A DNA stretch of 64,000 bases, from NCBI GenBank assembly GCA_030390025.1, contig CM059440.1:69316001-69380000 (forward strand). The letters are read 5' to 3'. The notes under the pieces were generated by a model. The model was given only the letters and a program-made list of their open reading frames with translations. It made no database searches and was not told the origin of the DNA. Shown here piece after piece: positions 46,697-59,821 of this stretch. Source of the DNA: Squalus acanthias (Eukaryota). The position numbers and the translations under genes are program-made. Every line of letters begins with the position of its first letter. Positions within the stretch are counted from its first letter, which is position 1.

Positions 46697-46917
46697 TTTG
46701 AGCGACTCTGCTCACTGCTGCTTCCCGCAACGATCGATTTCAGATAGCTCTCGTGCTGAGAAGCTCCCTTTGGTGACATCTTCGGGCTTGCATCCGAGTC
46801 TCCACTTTCGTCATCCCCCATTGCTTTGATGTAGCTGCCGCTGCGCATTCGCCGACAAGGGATTTCACCGTCCTTGTTCACTCCTGGATACCCACCACCC
46901 CATTCATCCTGGGGCAC
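46697..46917 (-). CDS. DLGAP3: DLGAP3/SAPAP3 coding exon (first in window), 221 bp, phase 0 to 2
   Basis: Acceptor ctgtctag|GTG and donor TCAAA|gtaaga. Translates VPQDEWGGGYPGVNKDGEIPCRRMRSGSYIKAMGDDESGDSDASPKMSPKGASQHESYLKSIVAGSSSEQSRS, matching recalled SAPAP3 VPQDDWGGYPTGGKDGEIPCRRMRSGSYIKAMGDEESGDSD (GK-binding repeat 1). Confidence 0.95.
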
Positions 46918-48810
46918 CTAGACAGCCAACATAAAATGGAACAGATAAATCTACTGCTGCAGACATCATTGCTGACTGAAACAGTATTTTTTATGGAGCA
47001 TTCTGGGCAGGTCTGCCCACAATTTCTTGACTAATAGTATTTTATTTTGTAATAAATCATGTTGGATGCTTGTGTGTGAGTTCAGTGAATTGGGTGTCAC
47101 TAGGCAATACTACTTTTCGAAAAGGCATGTGGGCAGAATGTCTTATTTGGTTTCGTAACAAGGACACAGATATAGCCCACAGCAAGGTTTTTTTCTCTGG
47201 AAAAGCTATCCTGCCTACGGGTACGATATACATTTTTTTGCCTTCAATCAATCCATGGGATGAAATACTGCTACAACACAGTTAAAATAGGCATTTGTGA
47301 TGTGAAAGGCTTTATAAAGATCGCAGTCTGTTCATGCACTCTCAATGGGACGATGGGGCATCTCTCTCTCTCTGCCTTGTAGATTATCTGGACATATATT
47401 GCGGTTCATTCATTGTCCCTGGTTCAAAAGCCTGGAACTCCCTATCTAACAGCATTGTGGGAGCACCTTCACCACACGGACTGCAGCGGTTCAAGAAGGC
47501 CCACTACCACCTGCTCAAGGGCAACTAGGGATGGCCAATAAATGCCGGCGTTGCCAGCGATGCTCACATCCTGAGAATTGATTTTTCTTAAAATTGGCTA
47601 ACTTTACATCTGAAACACTCTTACTATTGAAACCTGTTTATTTATTTTTTGAATCCCGTTTAAAGCTGCTGGAAACAAACTTTACCCGTTATCTCATTAT
47701 TATCCCAAATAAGTGAAGCCCATCATTACTGATTTATATACATTAGGAATCAATACAAGCCCAGAATAATCAATCTCTAGAAATAAAGATCTGATTAACC
47801 AGCATCAAATCTCTTCTTTTGCTTCTGATTCCAGTTTATTGTACATTTCTTAAGAGCAGCAGTTTCAAAACACAGACAAATATACACATAGGTTCAACCC
47901 GATTCACTCCTGACTCTAAAATCATACAAGTGATTTCGATACATCCAGAAGCTTCACAGCTGCATAAAAGCCAGTTCCAAACATTGCAATTTTCAAGCAC
48001 CTTTCCCCCACCCTGGTCTGTACTAATACTTATCAATCAAATATACTGTGTTAGCACAGATACAAAGAATTTTACAAAGATGACGCATGTCAAAGCAGGA
48101 CGTAGATTACATGTTTGATTTGTTTTTTATTTTTAAAGTGCTGTGTCAGATTGGCACAATTGGTAGCACATTCACCTCTAAATCAGAAGGTTTTGGGTTC
48201 AAGCCCCACTTGATTGCATAATCTAGGCTGACACTTCAGTAATGAAGGAGTGCTATACTGTCAGATGTGTTCACTTTCAGATGTAATTATTCACCCAATG
48301 ATGCCATCAACAGTTGTTGACTGAACAAAAATATTGCAAAGAAAAAGACACCACAAAATAAATAACCAAGAGTATTTTAAGGCTCTGAATATTACAGACG
48401 AGTTTATTCTTCTGTGTTGCAACCATGGCAATCTTCATAATTGGGTGGCAAAACAGCCAATTAAGTTTTTTCCCAATATAAGTGAGAGGGAAGTTTGTCT
48501 CCAAATGCTGCACTTAGATTTCTCCTTCTGCCACCATCCATTCTGGAGATGGGAAATCTTTTTTTAAAAAGGGGATTTTAAAACTGGCTGAAAACAATTT
48601 CAAAGTCAAATAAAAGCTTAGATTAAGAAGACAGAGCACAGAAGAATTGTCGCAGTATTTTTGTTCAATCGACAGCTATTGATGACATAATTGGGGGAAT
48701 AGTCACCGAGCAGGTATTGAACATGGCCGTGTTGTGAGGGCTAACTTAATGCAGGCACTGTTCAACAGAAGCTTCCTGTGGGCATCTTACTTTCATGCCA
48801 AAGTTTACAA

Positions 48811-49556
48811 TGGGCCAAAAATTCATCCTGCGACGCGAGAGTACGCACTGCGTACTCTCGCGTATTCTCTCTCCAATTGCCGGTTTTCTGCATGCCCTGC
48901 GCATGCGCTGAAAACCGGCACTTGGTCTTTTGAAAAGGGGGCGGTTCCTCGGTGCATCGCGTGCGCGCTACAGGCTGCGCGCACGCTGTGCACTTCGTGC
49001 TTTGGACGCGCAGGTAAGTACGGAAGATTTTAGAAATGGAAAAAGGAGGAGTAAGACCCACTTTTAACAAGGTAAGTAGTGAATTAAGTATTTTTTTGAA
49101 TTTTTTTTAACAGGTATATCTTTTTTAGAGACTTTAAAGACAGGTAAGTTTATTTTTATAACTTTTTAAAAGATTTTAAATTTTTTCAAAAATTAAATTT
49201 TTTATTTAAAATGGTTAATTTATTTAACTATACTTATTTTATTAATGTGATGGTTTTTTTTTAAATTTAATTGAGGTTTAGCTGTTATTTTGGGGGGGTG
49301 TAAGATTCATAGATTTCACAGCACGTATGTGAAACTTATGAATGGAAGATGGTGTGCTGCCATTGGCTCTAACTGAGTCACGTGATCCCACAGCTCGCAC
49401 GAATTCACTACGCCGGTGGGATACGCAAGCACTGCCCAGCTGATGTCTGGAACATCAAGTTCGTGCGAGCTGGATCTGAAAAAGCACACGCGGAGTGAGA
49501 GATCGCGGGGAAGCCTTACCCCCGCGGGAACAGAGCGAGATCAATTTCTGGGCCAA
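48811..49556. mobile_element. GGCC-ended MITE
   Basis: TGGGCCAAAAATTCATC...GATCAATTTCTGGGCCA with CpG-rich arms and a very AT-rich centre. Confidence 0.65.
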
Positions 49557-49607
49557 TGGTTTTACTTCACTGTTGGGGCAGATGCCTCCTCTCACCTTTC
49601 AGCCACC

Positions 49608-50750
49608 AATAACAACAACTACTTGCATTTATATAGCACCTTTAACGTAGTAAAACATCCCAAGGTGCTTCACAAGAGCATTATCAGATAAAATTTGACA
49701 CCGAGAGATATTAGGACAGGTAACTAAAAGCTTGGTTTTAAGGAACGACTTAAAGGAGGAGAGAGAGATAGAGATGTGGCGAGGTATAGGGAAGGAATTC
49801 CAGCGCTTGGGGCCTAGGCAGCTGAAGGCATGGCCACCAATAGTGGGTCGAAAGAAATCGGGGTTGCACAAGCGGCCAGAATTGGAGGAGCGCAGAGATC
49901 TTGGATGGTTATAGGGCTGGAGAAGGTTACAGAGATAGGGAGGGGCGAGGCCGTGGAGGGATTTGAACACAAGGATGGGAATGATGGGAATGGGACCCGG
50001 AGCCAATGTATGCCAGCGAGCACAGGGGTGATGGGTTCGCGGGACTTGGTGCGAGTTAGGATACGGGCAGCAGAGTTTTGGATAAGCTCAAGTTTACGGA
50101 GGGTCCAAGGTGGGAGGCCGGCCAGGAGAGCATTGGAATAATCATCTCGTGAGGTAACAAAGGCATGGATGAGGGTTTCAGCAGATGATGGGCTTAGGCA
50201 GGGGAGGTGACGGGCAACGTTACAGAGGTGGATGTAAGTGGTCATGGTGATGGAGAGGATATGGGGTCGGAAGCTCAGCTTGGGGATCAAATAGGACACC
50301 GAGGTTGAGATCAGTCTGGTTCATACACAGTGGTCAGGGAGGGGGATGGAGTCGGTGGCTCGGGAACGGAGTTTGTGGCGGGGGCCGAAGACAATGGCTT
50401 CAGTCTTCCCAATATTTAGTTGGAGGAAATTTCTGCTCATCCAGTACTGGATGTCGGACAAGCAGTCTGACAATTTAGAGACTGTGGAGGGGTCGAGAGA
50501 AGTGCTGGTGAGGTAGAGCTGGGTGTCATCAGCGTACATGTGGAAACTGACGCTGTGTTTTCAGATGGTCTTGCTGAAGGGCAGCAAGTAGATGAGAAAT
50601 AGGAGGGGGCCAAGGATAGATCCTTGGGGGACTGCAGAGGTTATTGTGCAGGAGCGAGAAGAGAAGCCATTGCAGGAAATTCTCTGGCTCCGACTGGATA
50701 GATAGGACTGGAACCAGGTGAGGGCAGTCCCACCCAGCTGGACAACGATC
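49608..50750 (-). mobile_element. L2 LINE 3' fragment (RT C-terminal part and tail)
   Basis: Motifs MYADDTQLYL, NFLQLNIGKTE, LIHAFVTSRDDYSNALL and QNSAARIL. Confidence 0.92.
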
Positions 50751-51699
50751 CAAAAATAGTCTTTATTTTAAGAAAAAAAGCCTTTCTTTTTCCTCTCAAG
50801 CAGACCCTTTATTGCAGTGCAATCCTCCCATCCTTGGTAACGGTCCACTTATCTGATATGATTTGCTACTGTTGGTGTTGCCAACACCAGTTCTCGCTGA
50901 ACCAGATCCAGACGCTGTGTATTGGTATAATTCCCTGCAGCTTGGCCTTATGTTTTCTCACAATCTCTGTCGTTCACCATCTGTCTAAAAGGCTTCACAC
51001 TAAAGTTCCAGCTGCTAGCATTTATTGACCATGCAGGTGATCTAAAATCGCTGCTCCTCAGTAACACATGACATGGAACGCTGTCGGGGCAAAAATATTC
51101 AAAGGTGGGCGGTTGGCAGTTGTTCAATATTTGAGATCCAACTTTTCAATTTATAGGTTAAATATATACAGTCAGAAAAATATAGAAAGCAAAACGCTAA
51201 CAGAAAATTGCGTGAGCAGCTTTGCAGCCTGTTGACAGATCTTTTGTGAGAGTGTGGGTGTTATTTGTCCTTATAGTCAATACGTGAGTTTCCAAAAATT
51301 GATTTAATACATAAGAATTATGGCAGCAGCAAAGAAGAGACATAAAAGTGCAAAAATGTATAGCTTTGGTGTGAAAATTCATACACAAGCTTAAATTTAT
51401 GAATGCAAAATGCAGACTTTACTCAGTTAACTTAAGAGTCTAGAAATTGTAGCTGGTGGTATTAGTCAGATGAACACGTAATGCATTCATGTGACATTCC
51501 TCTGTCTCCTATTTTAGTGAATTTTAAAAGGGTTAAGGCCTACATTAAAATAGCAGACAGTGGAACATCATACAAATGAGGTGAATGCTCATCTGCTGCT
51601 ATTACTAATAGTAATTTCTGTGCTACATTCAGGAAATGCAGAAAAACATTGAAATCAAATGTTCTTTTTTACTCCTGTGTATCTCGTCTACCATGCCCT

Positions 51700-52125
51700 G
51701 AGTCAGCTTGGCTTGGTGCTAGCACTCCTGTCTCTGAATCCAGAAGGTTATAAGTTCAAGCCCCGCTCCAGGACTTAAGCATGTCATTTAGACTAACATT
51801 TCAGTGCAGCACTGCTCTGTCAGAGATGCTGTCCTTCAGTTGCGAGTAACTAACGCCCTGTCTGCCTGTGGAGCTGGATGTAAAAGCTCCTGTGGCATTC
51901 TTTAGAAGACGGGCAGGTCTCCTGGCCAACATTCATCCCTCAACCAACACCACCAAAAACAGATTAACTGGCCATTCATCTCATTCTGTTTGTGGGATCT
52001 TGCTGTGCACAAATTGGCTGGCATACTTGACTACAAAACAACAGAAGTATACCTTTGGTTATGAAGTGCCTTGAGATGTCCTGAGGCCATAAAAGGTGCT
52101 TTATATATTATATATGCAAGTTCTC
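51700..52125 (+). mobile_element. Degraded Deu-SINE
   Basis: Similar to 15683-16160. Further degraded copies lie at about 32430-32760 (-), 38750-39050 (+), 48140-48290 (+) and 57625-57968 (-). Confidence 0.7.
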
Positions 52126-52174
52126 TCTTTAAGTTGTGAAAGTGATTTGCTGCCAGACATCTTTCAACCTTGCT

Positions 52175-53067
52175 GGGGGAGAAATTCAGTATCGCCCCGT
52201 TTGGGGCGCAATTATCGGCCGGGCGCAAAGATTAGCGCCTGGCGCTAATTATCGCCACCAACTGCAAACTTGACTTTTATCGCCCCTGCAGGTGATTGGA
52301 GCGCTTAATCAGGCGCTTCACACCTGTCTTAAGGCGTAAAGGCCGAGGAGCGAGGCGCTACCTCAGAGCGCTGGCGAAGCTCATGTAATGTCAGTCAGCA
52401 ATGGAACACACACACAATGGCACCGGCCAGTTCTTAAAGGGGATGGTTAATCTTGCTTTCCATCCACATCCTGCTCATTGCAGCCTTGAATCTCGGCCTG
52501 CAGAGACCTGCACATCAAATCTGCTGGAAAGAACAATGGAGAGTACCAGGCAAAGAGCTCAGAGTGCAGCCCCCACAGTCTCTTCTAAATCGATACAAGG
52601 AATGGCAATTCAAAATGAACCTGCAAAGTGCTGCTCAGTACCCAAAACTCCTTCACACAACGTTGAATCTCTCCAGAAGTCTCTCTCTCTCTCTCTCAGA
52701 ATGCGTAGTTCAAAAATGGCACCAACAATAAAAGGCAGGAAGCGGTCACCTTTAAATAGTGCTCCCCCTTTCCCTTCATGACTGGAGAACGCTCCCCTCA
52801 ACCTGTCGTTGCTAGCGTCAGGCGGTAAGGCAGGGGGCGCCACTCAATATCCGCTCCGGGGCGATACCGGGGCGTTGCGCACTCGACTGATGTCACGATC
52901 TGCTGGCGCAGGAGATCGTGGCGGTAGTGTTTAGCGCCGCCGCAAAATGTCTAGTTAATTTCGCGAGCGGCGCAAACTTCGCCGCGCCTGGGCGCTAGAT
53001 GCTTTGCGCCCCATTAGCGCCCTCTTAAGGCGCTAACGGGAGGCGCAACCAACTGAATTTTTCCCCC
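52175..53067. mobile_element. CpG-rich MITE
   Basis: TIR GGGGGAGAAATTCAGT...ACTGAATTTTTCCCCC; many GGCGC(T/A) sub-terminal motifs; internal (CT)n. Confidence 0.75.
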
Positions 53068-53077
53068 ATAGCATCTC

Positions 53078-53712
53078 TGGCCCTGAATTTGTGGTTGGAG
53101 GCTTCCTGCTGGGAAATGCCTCCGATCCGCAAATAAAATGCCCGCATACCTGGTGGTCCGGGAGGTACGGAGACTCGCGGTCCTGGGCCTCTCCAGGTAC
53201 CCGCGGGTAGAGGCCCACCTATCCCAGGGGCGCAGGCGGTTCGCGAGCGCCCCTGAGATCACATGGGCCGGCCCAATGAATGAAAGAAGGGGATCCCCAT
53301 TCATGCTTTTGGGGATTCCGGAAACCCCATAAGCATGAATGTGAATACCCCAAAAAATACATCTACACATCAAATAAATAAAAAAACATTTACATATTTA
53401 AAATTAATTAAAATGCCATTTAATTAAATAGTTAAAACAAAAAATTATTTTCTTGAAAAATAAATGTAAACGCTTTAAAGGGGCTAAAAATAACCTTACC
53501 TTATTGTACAGGTTTTTTAATGCTTAAATGATTGAAAGAAATTTATTTTTATGTTTATTGAAACCCTTATGCTGGTAAAAGCAGACCTTACGCCTGCTTT
53601 TACCAGGCGTAAGAATTTCACGGGCATTCGCTGGGCAGTAGTTGGGCAAATAGCCCAACTCTCTGCCCGCGGATGCCCTTTTCCCAGGGATGTGTTGGAT
53701 CTGTCAAGAAGA
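53078..53712. mobile_element. MITE, truncated; relative of 23070-23763
   Basis: GGCCCTGAATTTGTGGTTGGAGG terminus and shared internal TGGGCAAATAGCCCAACT. Confidence 0.65.
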
Positions 53713-53729
53713 TTCAAGAAGAAGGGTAG

Positions 53730-56060
53730 CTGGGGGCTCTGAGAGGAAATCTACCCAATCTTAAAAATGCTAATCCAATTCCCAACAAGACCTCCATTTA
53801 GCCCTTTGTTGTAAAGGAGTCAATCAACTGCTTCTGTCCAACTATCTACCATGCTACAAGAAATATTTTTTCTCATCTCTAGCTTCAGTCAGGGTTAATC
53901 CATTCGTATTCATATTCGCTCGTTCCTGGATCACGGTCTAAGTTATGGAGCCTGATTACATCCGTACTTCGCAGCATTTTAAAGATGTGGATCATATGCC
54001 TCTCAATTTTTGTTTTGCCAATGGAAACAAATTCAATTTTCTTGAGACTCTCCTTACAAATAAGAACCTTAAGTATCGTTGCTGCTCTTCTCCGATAAAT
54101 CAGTGTCTTTTTAAAGGTAGGACATCATGTTCTAAATGTAGCCTTACAGAGTTAGAGTAACATGTTTCAAATTATATTAAAATACCCTTGAGATATATCC
54201 TAGTACTTGATTAGTTGATAATCATCTCATATTGACTGGGTACTTTTAATGACTGGTCAATAATCCTGTCAGGATCTTTCTCCTTTCTCAACTTTGCCAA
54301 TGGACATGTCTTCTAATATGCATCATCTCTCATGAACCACACTAGAATCTATCTGCAACTCCTTGGACAATCCATTTAATTTGTATTTTTTAAATAATAA
54401 ATCTTTCCTGCACAAGTCACCTGACCACACATTTGGAATCATCAAATTTTGTAATATTACAAGTGGTTTTCTGCTTCAGATTAATTCTGAATAATATAAA
54501 CAGGAGTGGTCCCGGACTAGATCCCTACAACATGAGACTAGTCTCTGTTCATGCGTAAACCCCTCCCCGCCCCAAGCCTTTCCCATTTATCATCACCTTC
54601 TGCTTTCTATTGCTGAACCCATTTTCAATCTAGCTATTCAATGTTAATTTTCTTTCATCACACACTGAGCTTTATTAGATGTCTTTGGAAAATCCATCTA
54701 TTGGATGACCTTCATGCACTAATTTAGAACCTGCTCAACAAATTCCAGCAAATTCACAAACAATCTATTCTTTCTAAGGCAATGCTGACTACTTCTTATG
54801 GCTTCTATTCTTCTCAAATGAACACTGACAAGAACTCCATGAAATGCCGTCGAGCATTTCTTTCACTAACTGGTCTATCATTCCCTGATTCATGCTTTAT
54901 TCCTTTTTGGAATATCAGGTTAAAATTAGTTATTTTCAGGGACTGACCCTGTCTGCAATGTAGTGCTTTCTATGTGTTATGTACACTATTGTTAAATCTA
55001 GCCATACCCACTAGACACTATAGAAAGGATCCAACCAAGTTTATCCAAGACTTGGAGAGGCTATTCTAATATTTCTCTTACATTCCCAGACAGGATACAA
55101 AGATGTTTGTCACCTGATAGGCAATGTTTCTAGCACTTCTTGTCTCCATCCTGTTTCTCTCTATTGCAACCATTCTTGTTTCTCTGTATTTTATCAATAC
55201 TGCAAAGCACTGGAGAGGTACCACCAACGCTGCCTCCGCAAGATCCTGCAAATCCATTGGCAGGATAGGCGCACCAACGTCAGTGTTCTCGCTCAGGCCA
55301 ACATCCCCAGCGTCGAAGCTTTGACCACGCTCGATCAGCTCCGATGGACGGGTCACATCGTCCGCATGCCCGATACAAGATTCCCAAAACAAGCGCTCTA
55401 CTCGGAGCCCCAGGTGGGCAGAGGAAACGCTTCAAGGACACCCTCAAAGCCTCCTTGAAAAAGTGCGACATCCCCACCGACACCTGGGAATCCCTGGCCC
55501 AAGACCGCACAAAGTGGAGGAGAAGCATCCGGGAAGGCGCCGAACACCTTGAGTCTCTTCGCCGGGAGCAAGCGGAAGCCAAGCGCAGGTAGCGCAAGGA
55601 GCGCACGTCAACCCAAGCACCCCACCCACCCGCCCCTTCAACCACCGTCTGCCCCACCTGTGACAGAGACTGTAGGTCCTGCATTGGACTCATCAGTCAT
55701 CTGCGAACTCATTTTTAATGTGGAAGCAAGTCATCCTCGGTTCCGAGGGACTGCCTAAGAAGAAGAAGAAGAATGGTCAGCACTCTTCTAGATTCTTGTT
55801 TGTACACCATACTTTGAACTTTTCCTCCTCCTTACATCTTGACATCATTGGGCTATCTCCTATTCCAACTCACTCTTTCCCAAAACCTAGAAGTTGTGGA
55901 CTGCCCTAACTCTCTCAGTCTTCCTCTCTACCTACAATTTTCACAATTTGAAATCCCGAGAATCACTATTTATGATTTACCTTGTCTTCTTTACTACTCT
56001 TTTCAACCTTGGTTTTGCTTTGGTCCTTGCCCTCAGTTTTTGCAATTTGTAGCCTGTTAA
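53730..56060 (-). mobile_element. Ancient, highly degraded CR1-like LINE hosting an RTE insertion
   Basis: Faint reverse-strand traces of GNDRPVS, SQHCLRK..LFVNLLEFVEQV and GSSPGPLLFII (compare GSVLGPLLF) in the expected order. Confidence 0.5.
55200..55772 (+). mobile_element. RTE-clade LINE 3' fragment
   Basis: HQRCLRKILQIHWQDR, QLRWTGHIVRMPDTRFPKQ, GGQRKRFKDTLK, WESLAQDRTKWR, a C2H2 end CPTCDRDCRSCIGLISHLRTH, and an (AAG)n tail. Confidence 0.92.
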
Positions 56061-56469
56061 TCAGTCTATAAAAATGGCGGGGCTGATTTTCATGTTGGGT
56101 TTACACCGGGTGGGCAGTGGGTGGAGTGACTGCTCTGCCATTCAAGTCTTGGAGACTGGCCATTCAAAGAGTGTACCAGGACTTGTAGGGAGCACCGCCC
56201 ACTCCAATGTAAAATTACTGAGAGTAAAAACCTCATTATTAGGTGTAACTACATTTTTTTTGTACATAACATCAAAACAAAATAAAACATAAACTCCAAC
56301 ATTTTCTGAGATCAAAAATGCATACTGTGCAATATGGAAGCTGAATACGAATATAGCTGGGGAGAAAACCGACAATGGGGAAATAACTAAGAGCACATCT
56401 CTACATTCAAAATCGATACAGCAGCCCATTCTTTATTTAAGTTTATGCTGAGAATTAAAAAAAAAATGT

Positions 56470-57235
56470 TCATAGAAACATAGAAAATTGGAGCAGGAGT
56501 AGGCCATTCGGCCCTTCGAGCCTGCTCCGCCATTCAATATGATCATGGCTGATCCTCTATCTCAATACCATATTCCTGCTCTCTCCCCATACCCCTTGAT
56601 GCCTTTTGTGTCTAGAAATCTATCTGTCTCCTTCTTAAATATATTCAGTGACTTGGCCTCCACAGCCTTCTGTGGTAGAGAATTCCACAGGTTCACCACC
56701 CTCTGAGTGAAGAAATTTCTCCTCATCTCAGTCCTAAATGTCCTACCCCGTATCCTGAGACTGTGACCCCTTGTTCTAGAACCCCCAGCCAGGGGAAACA
56801 TCCTCCCTGCATCCAGTCTGTCTAGCCCGGTCAGAATTTTATACGTTTCAATGAGATCCCCTCTCATTCTTCTAAACTCTAGTGAATACAGGCCTAGTCG
56901 ACCCAATCTCTCCTCATACGACAGTCCTGCCATCCCAGGAATCAGTCTGGTGAACCTTCGCTACACTCCCTCTATGGCAAGTATATCCTTTCTTAGGTAA
57001 GGAGACCAAAACTGCACACAGTACTCCAGGTGTGGTCTCACCAAGGCCCTGCATAACTGTAGTAAGACATCCTTGCTCCTGTACTCAAATCCTCTTGCAA
57101 TGAAGGCCAACATACCATTTGCCTTCCTAACTGCTTGCTGCACCTGCATGTTTGCTTTCAGTGACTGGTGTACAAGGACACCCAGGTCCCTTTGTACATC
57201 AATATTTCCCAATCTATCACCATTTGTATAATACT
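56470..57235 (-). mobile_element. CR1 LINE 3' fragment
   Basis: Motifs QRDLGVLVHQSLK, RPHLEYCVQFWSPYL and RTEMRRNFFTQRVVNLWNSLP; TTTCTATG tail. Confidence 0.95.
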
Positions 57236-57339
57236 CATATTTATAAATCACAAGTTCTGGAAGATTGGAGAATAGTCCTGAATAAAAGCCCTGAATTAAA
57301 CATGTATATTTAAATAGAACAGTTTGGTAGCACTAAGTT

Positions 57340-57595
57340 AGAGAAATTTCTTCACTCAGAGGGTGGTGAATCTTTGGAATTCTCTACCCCAGAGGACTGT
57401 GGAGGCTCAGTCGTTGAGTATATTCAAGACAGAGATCGACAGATTTTTGAATATTAAGGAAATCAATGGATATGGGGATAGTGCAGGAAAGTGGAGATGA
57501 GATAGAGGATCAGCCATTATCTTATTGAATGGCGGAGTAGGCTCGAAGGGCCAAATGGCCTACTCCTGCTCCTATTTTCTATGTTCTTATGTTCT
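57340..57595 (+). mobile_element. CR1 LINE 3' end
   Basis: RNFFTQRVVNLWNSLPQR plus 3' UTR and TTCTTATG tail; inverted relative to the 56470 copy. Confidence 0.9.
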
Positions 57596-58084
57596 AAGTA
57601 CTGTTGCAGAGATATTTGGTAATATTTGGCATTTATATAGCACCTTGTCACATCTTCAGAATGTTTCAAAGCACTTCACAACCAATGGAGTACTATTGAA
57701 ATGTAGCTACTGTTGTTATGTGGGCAAACATTGCCACCAATCTCCAGTAAGGTCAACCCAAGAGCAAATGAATAAATGACCAAATAATCTATTTTTGGTG
57801 ATGTTGATTGAGGGAGGAATGTTGGCCAGGCAACAACTGGGAGAACTATCCTATCTGCTCTTCTAGTCATCCCATAAGATCTTTTATGTCCATCTGAGCA
57901 GTGAAATTATGTCCTTAGGTCTGTAGCAGGGTTTGACTCAGAAATGAGAGTGCTACCAAGTGAACTAAGATAATATACAGTGAACTCTGTTGGATATTGT
58001 GGATGAAGAGCTATGTTCTATCACACTGCGCTATACTGTATTAGAGTGCGAAAGAAGTGTACCACCACAACAAAAAACAATCGA

Positions 58085-58375
58085 ACAGAGTTTGTTTCCA
58101 CTGGCAGGTGGGTCGATAACCAAAAGACCCAGCTTTCAGATCATTGGCAAAAGAACCCAGCGAGTTGTTATACTCTGGAATGCACTGTCTGAAAGGGTGG
58201 TGGAAGCAGATTCAGTAGTAACTTTTAAAAGGGAATTGGATAAACACATGACGGGGAAAACATTTCAGGACAATGGAGAAAGAGCAGGGGGGAGTAGGAC
58301 TAATCGGAGAGCTCTTTCAAAGAGCCGGCACAGGCACGATGGGCCGAATGGCCTCCTCCTGTGCTGTAAGATTCT
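58085..58375 (+). mobile_element. CR1 LINE 3' end
   Basis: LFPLAGGS..QRVVILWNALSERVVEADS and the GGCACGATGGGCCGAATGGCC UTR. Confidence 0.85.
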
Positions 58376-59821
58376 GAGAGTGAAGAAGGAAATATGTAAA
58401 CTAATTTAACCTTTTCTTATGTTTTATATATTTATTGGCTTTCGCTATAAAGACCCACATTATAAACAGATGGTCAGTAAAAAAAGTAACTCAGACATAT
58501 CAAAAAACGATCAACAATGAGCAATAAAACAGCACGATAAAAGAAAGGTGAACTGATGATATTTTTTGAAAACCATCTTGGACTCTCAACAAACTAGAAA
58601 TTTAGCGCTGAACATAAAGTTTGTAACTAGGACGTGTACAAAATTACAAACTTCACCAAAGATTATTAAGCTGGCATACACAAAGGACAAAAAAAAACAA
58701 TTGATCCTGGAAAGACTGCCATTGGCACCGAGACCGACTGGCACATGCCTTGCCATCTTCGCCTTAAGCAGTCTCTTGCTCCCCCCTTTGAAGTGGCAGG
58801 GTGCCATTCCGAGTTTCCGCTGCCTTTGCAGAGTGGTCATCCCTCTGTTGCACTGTTACAGCTGTCAGCACAAACCCCTCTCATTTCAATGACCCCCATC
58901 CCTAGGATTTAGGACAAGGTCCGGCACTGCAAAATTTGTAGGCCTATTTATTTGTGTACCTATTTGGTGTAAGGAGCATTAAAAATCTCAGGAACCAATC
59001 AGAAAAACACTTGTCTCCCTGTTTCCTGAGATCTCTTGCAGATATCTTTCCAAATTCTTTCAGTGCTGGTGTGCACCTCTCCCCCCAATGTCCACACCTC
59101 AACATTCCCCTCATGCAAGACAATCAGGAGCAGCACAAATCAAGCCCACTGATTTAAGTGCCTGATTTTCCAATCTGCGCTGCCCTCGAGTGAGATTCCG
59201 TACAGGCAGCAGAGTTTTGGAAAATTTACCTCCTGGAATCTGGAACCAGGAGTCATAGGGCTAATATTATCACAGGGCTACTTTTTCTCATGGGTCTTGT
59301 AGATCTTACAAGTTTATGTTTGTGCTCAGTGTCAGATACCCAGATCTGTCTGGGCAATCTGCGTCCCGTATGACTGTTGCCAAGCTATAAGCAAAAAAAT
59401 ATTGTTCATTGCCAGGTACTCAAAGCCCAATGACTTGATAAATAAAAGCATGCAATCATCCTAAAAGCTTCACCTGCAGCAATTACAAATGTAATGGAAA
59501 TATAATTGCATCAAATAAAGTGGGAAACTGCTTACCAAGTCACAGAGCAATTGAGTATTAATAATTTATTAGGAAAATATTTTTATTCTCACTGTAACGC
59601 ATTTGCCAGAATAGGTTGGGAAATGAAAGCACAGTCTGTTCCACTTTAGTGAATGCGCAAGAAGTAAATACTGATGTTAAAGTGAATAAAACTGAAAATT
59701 CAATTTATTTACTGAAATTTCTAATTTTGCCGTTCAATGACTATCACAGAATACGTGTTGCTGTGTTTGAAGTCTGAAGTGCACATCACTCTTTGGGAGT
59801 CAGTGGGCTTATAGTAGAAAA

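Noticed and set aside
52175-53400. CpG-island-like stretch suggesting an internal promoter (also 48811-49030 and 62650-63310)
   Set aside because: The CpG density coincides with TIR-bounded MITEs and is better explained by their young age.
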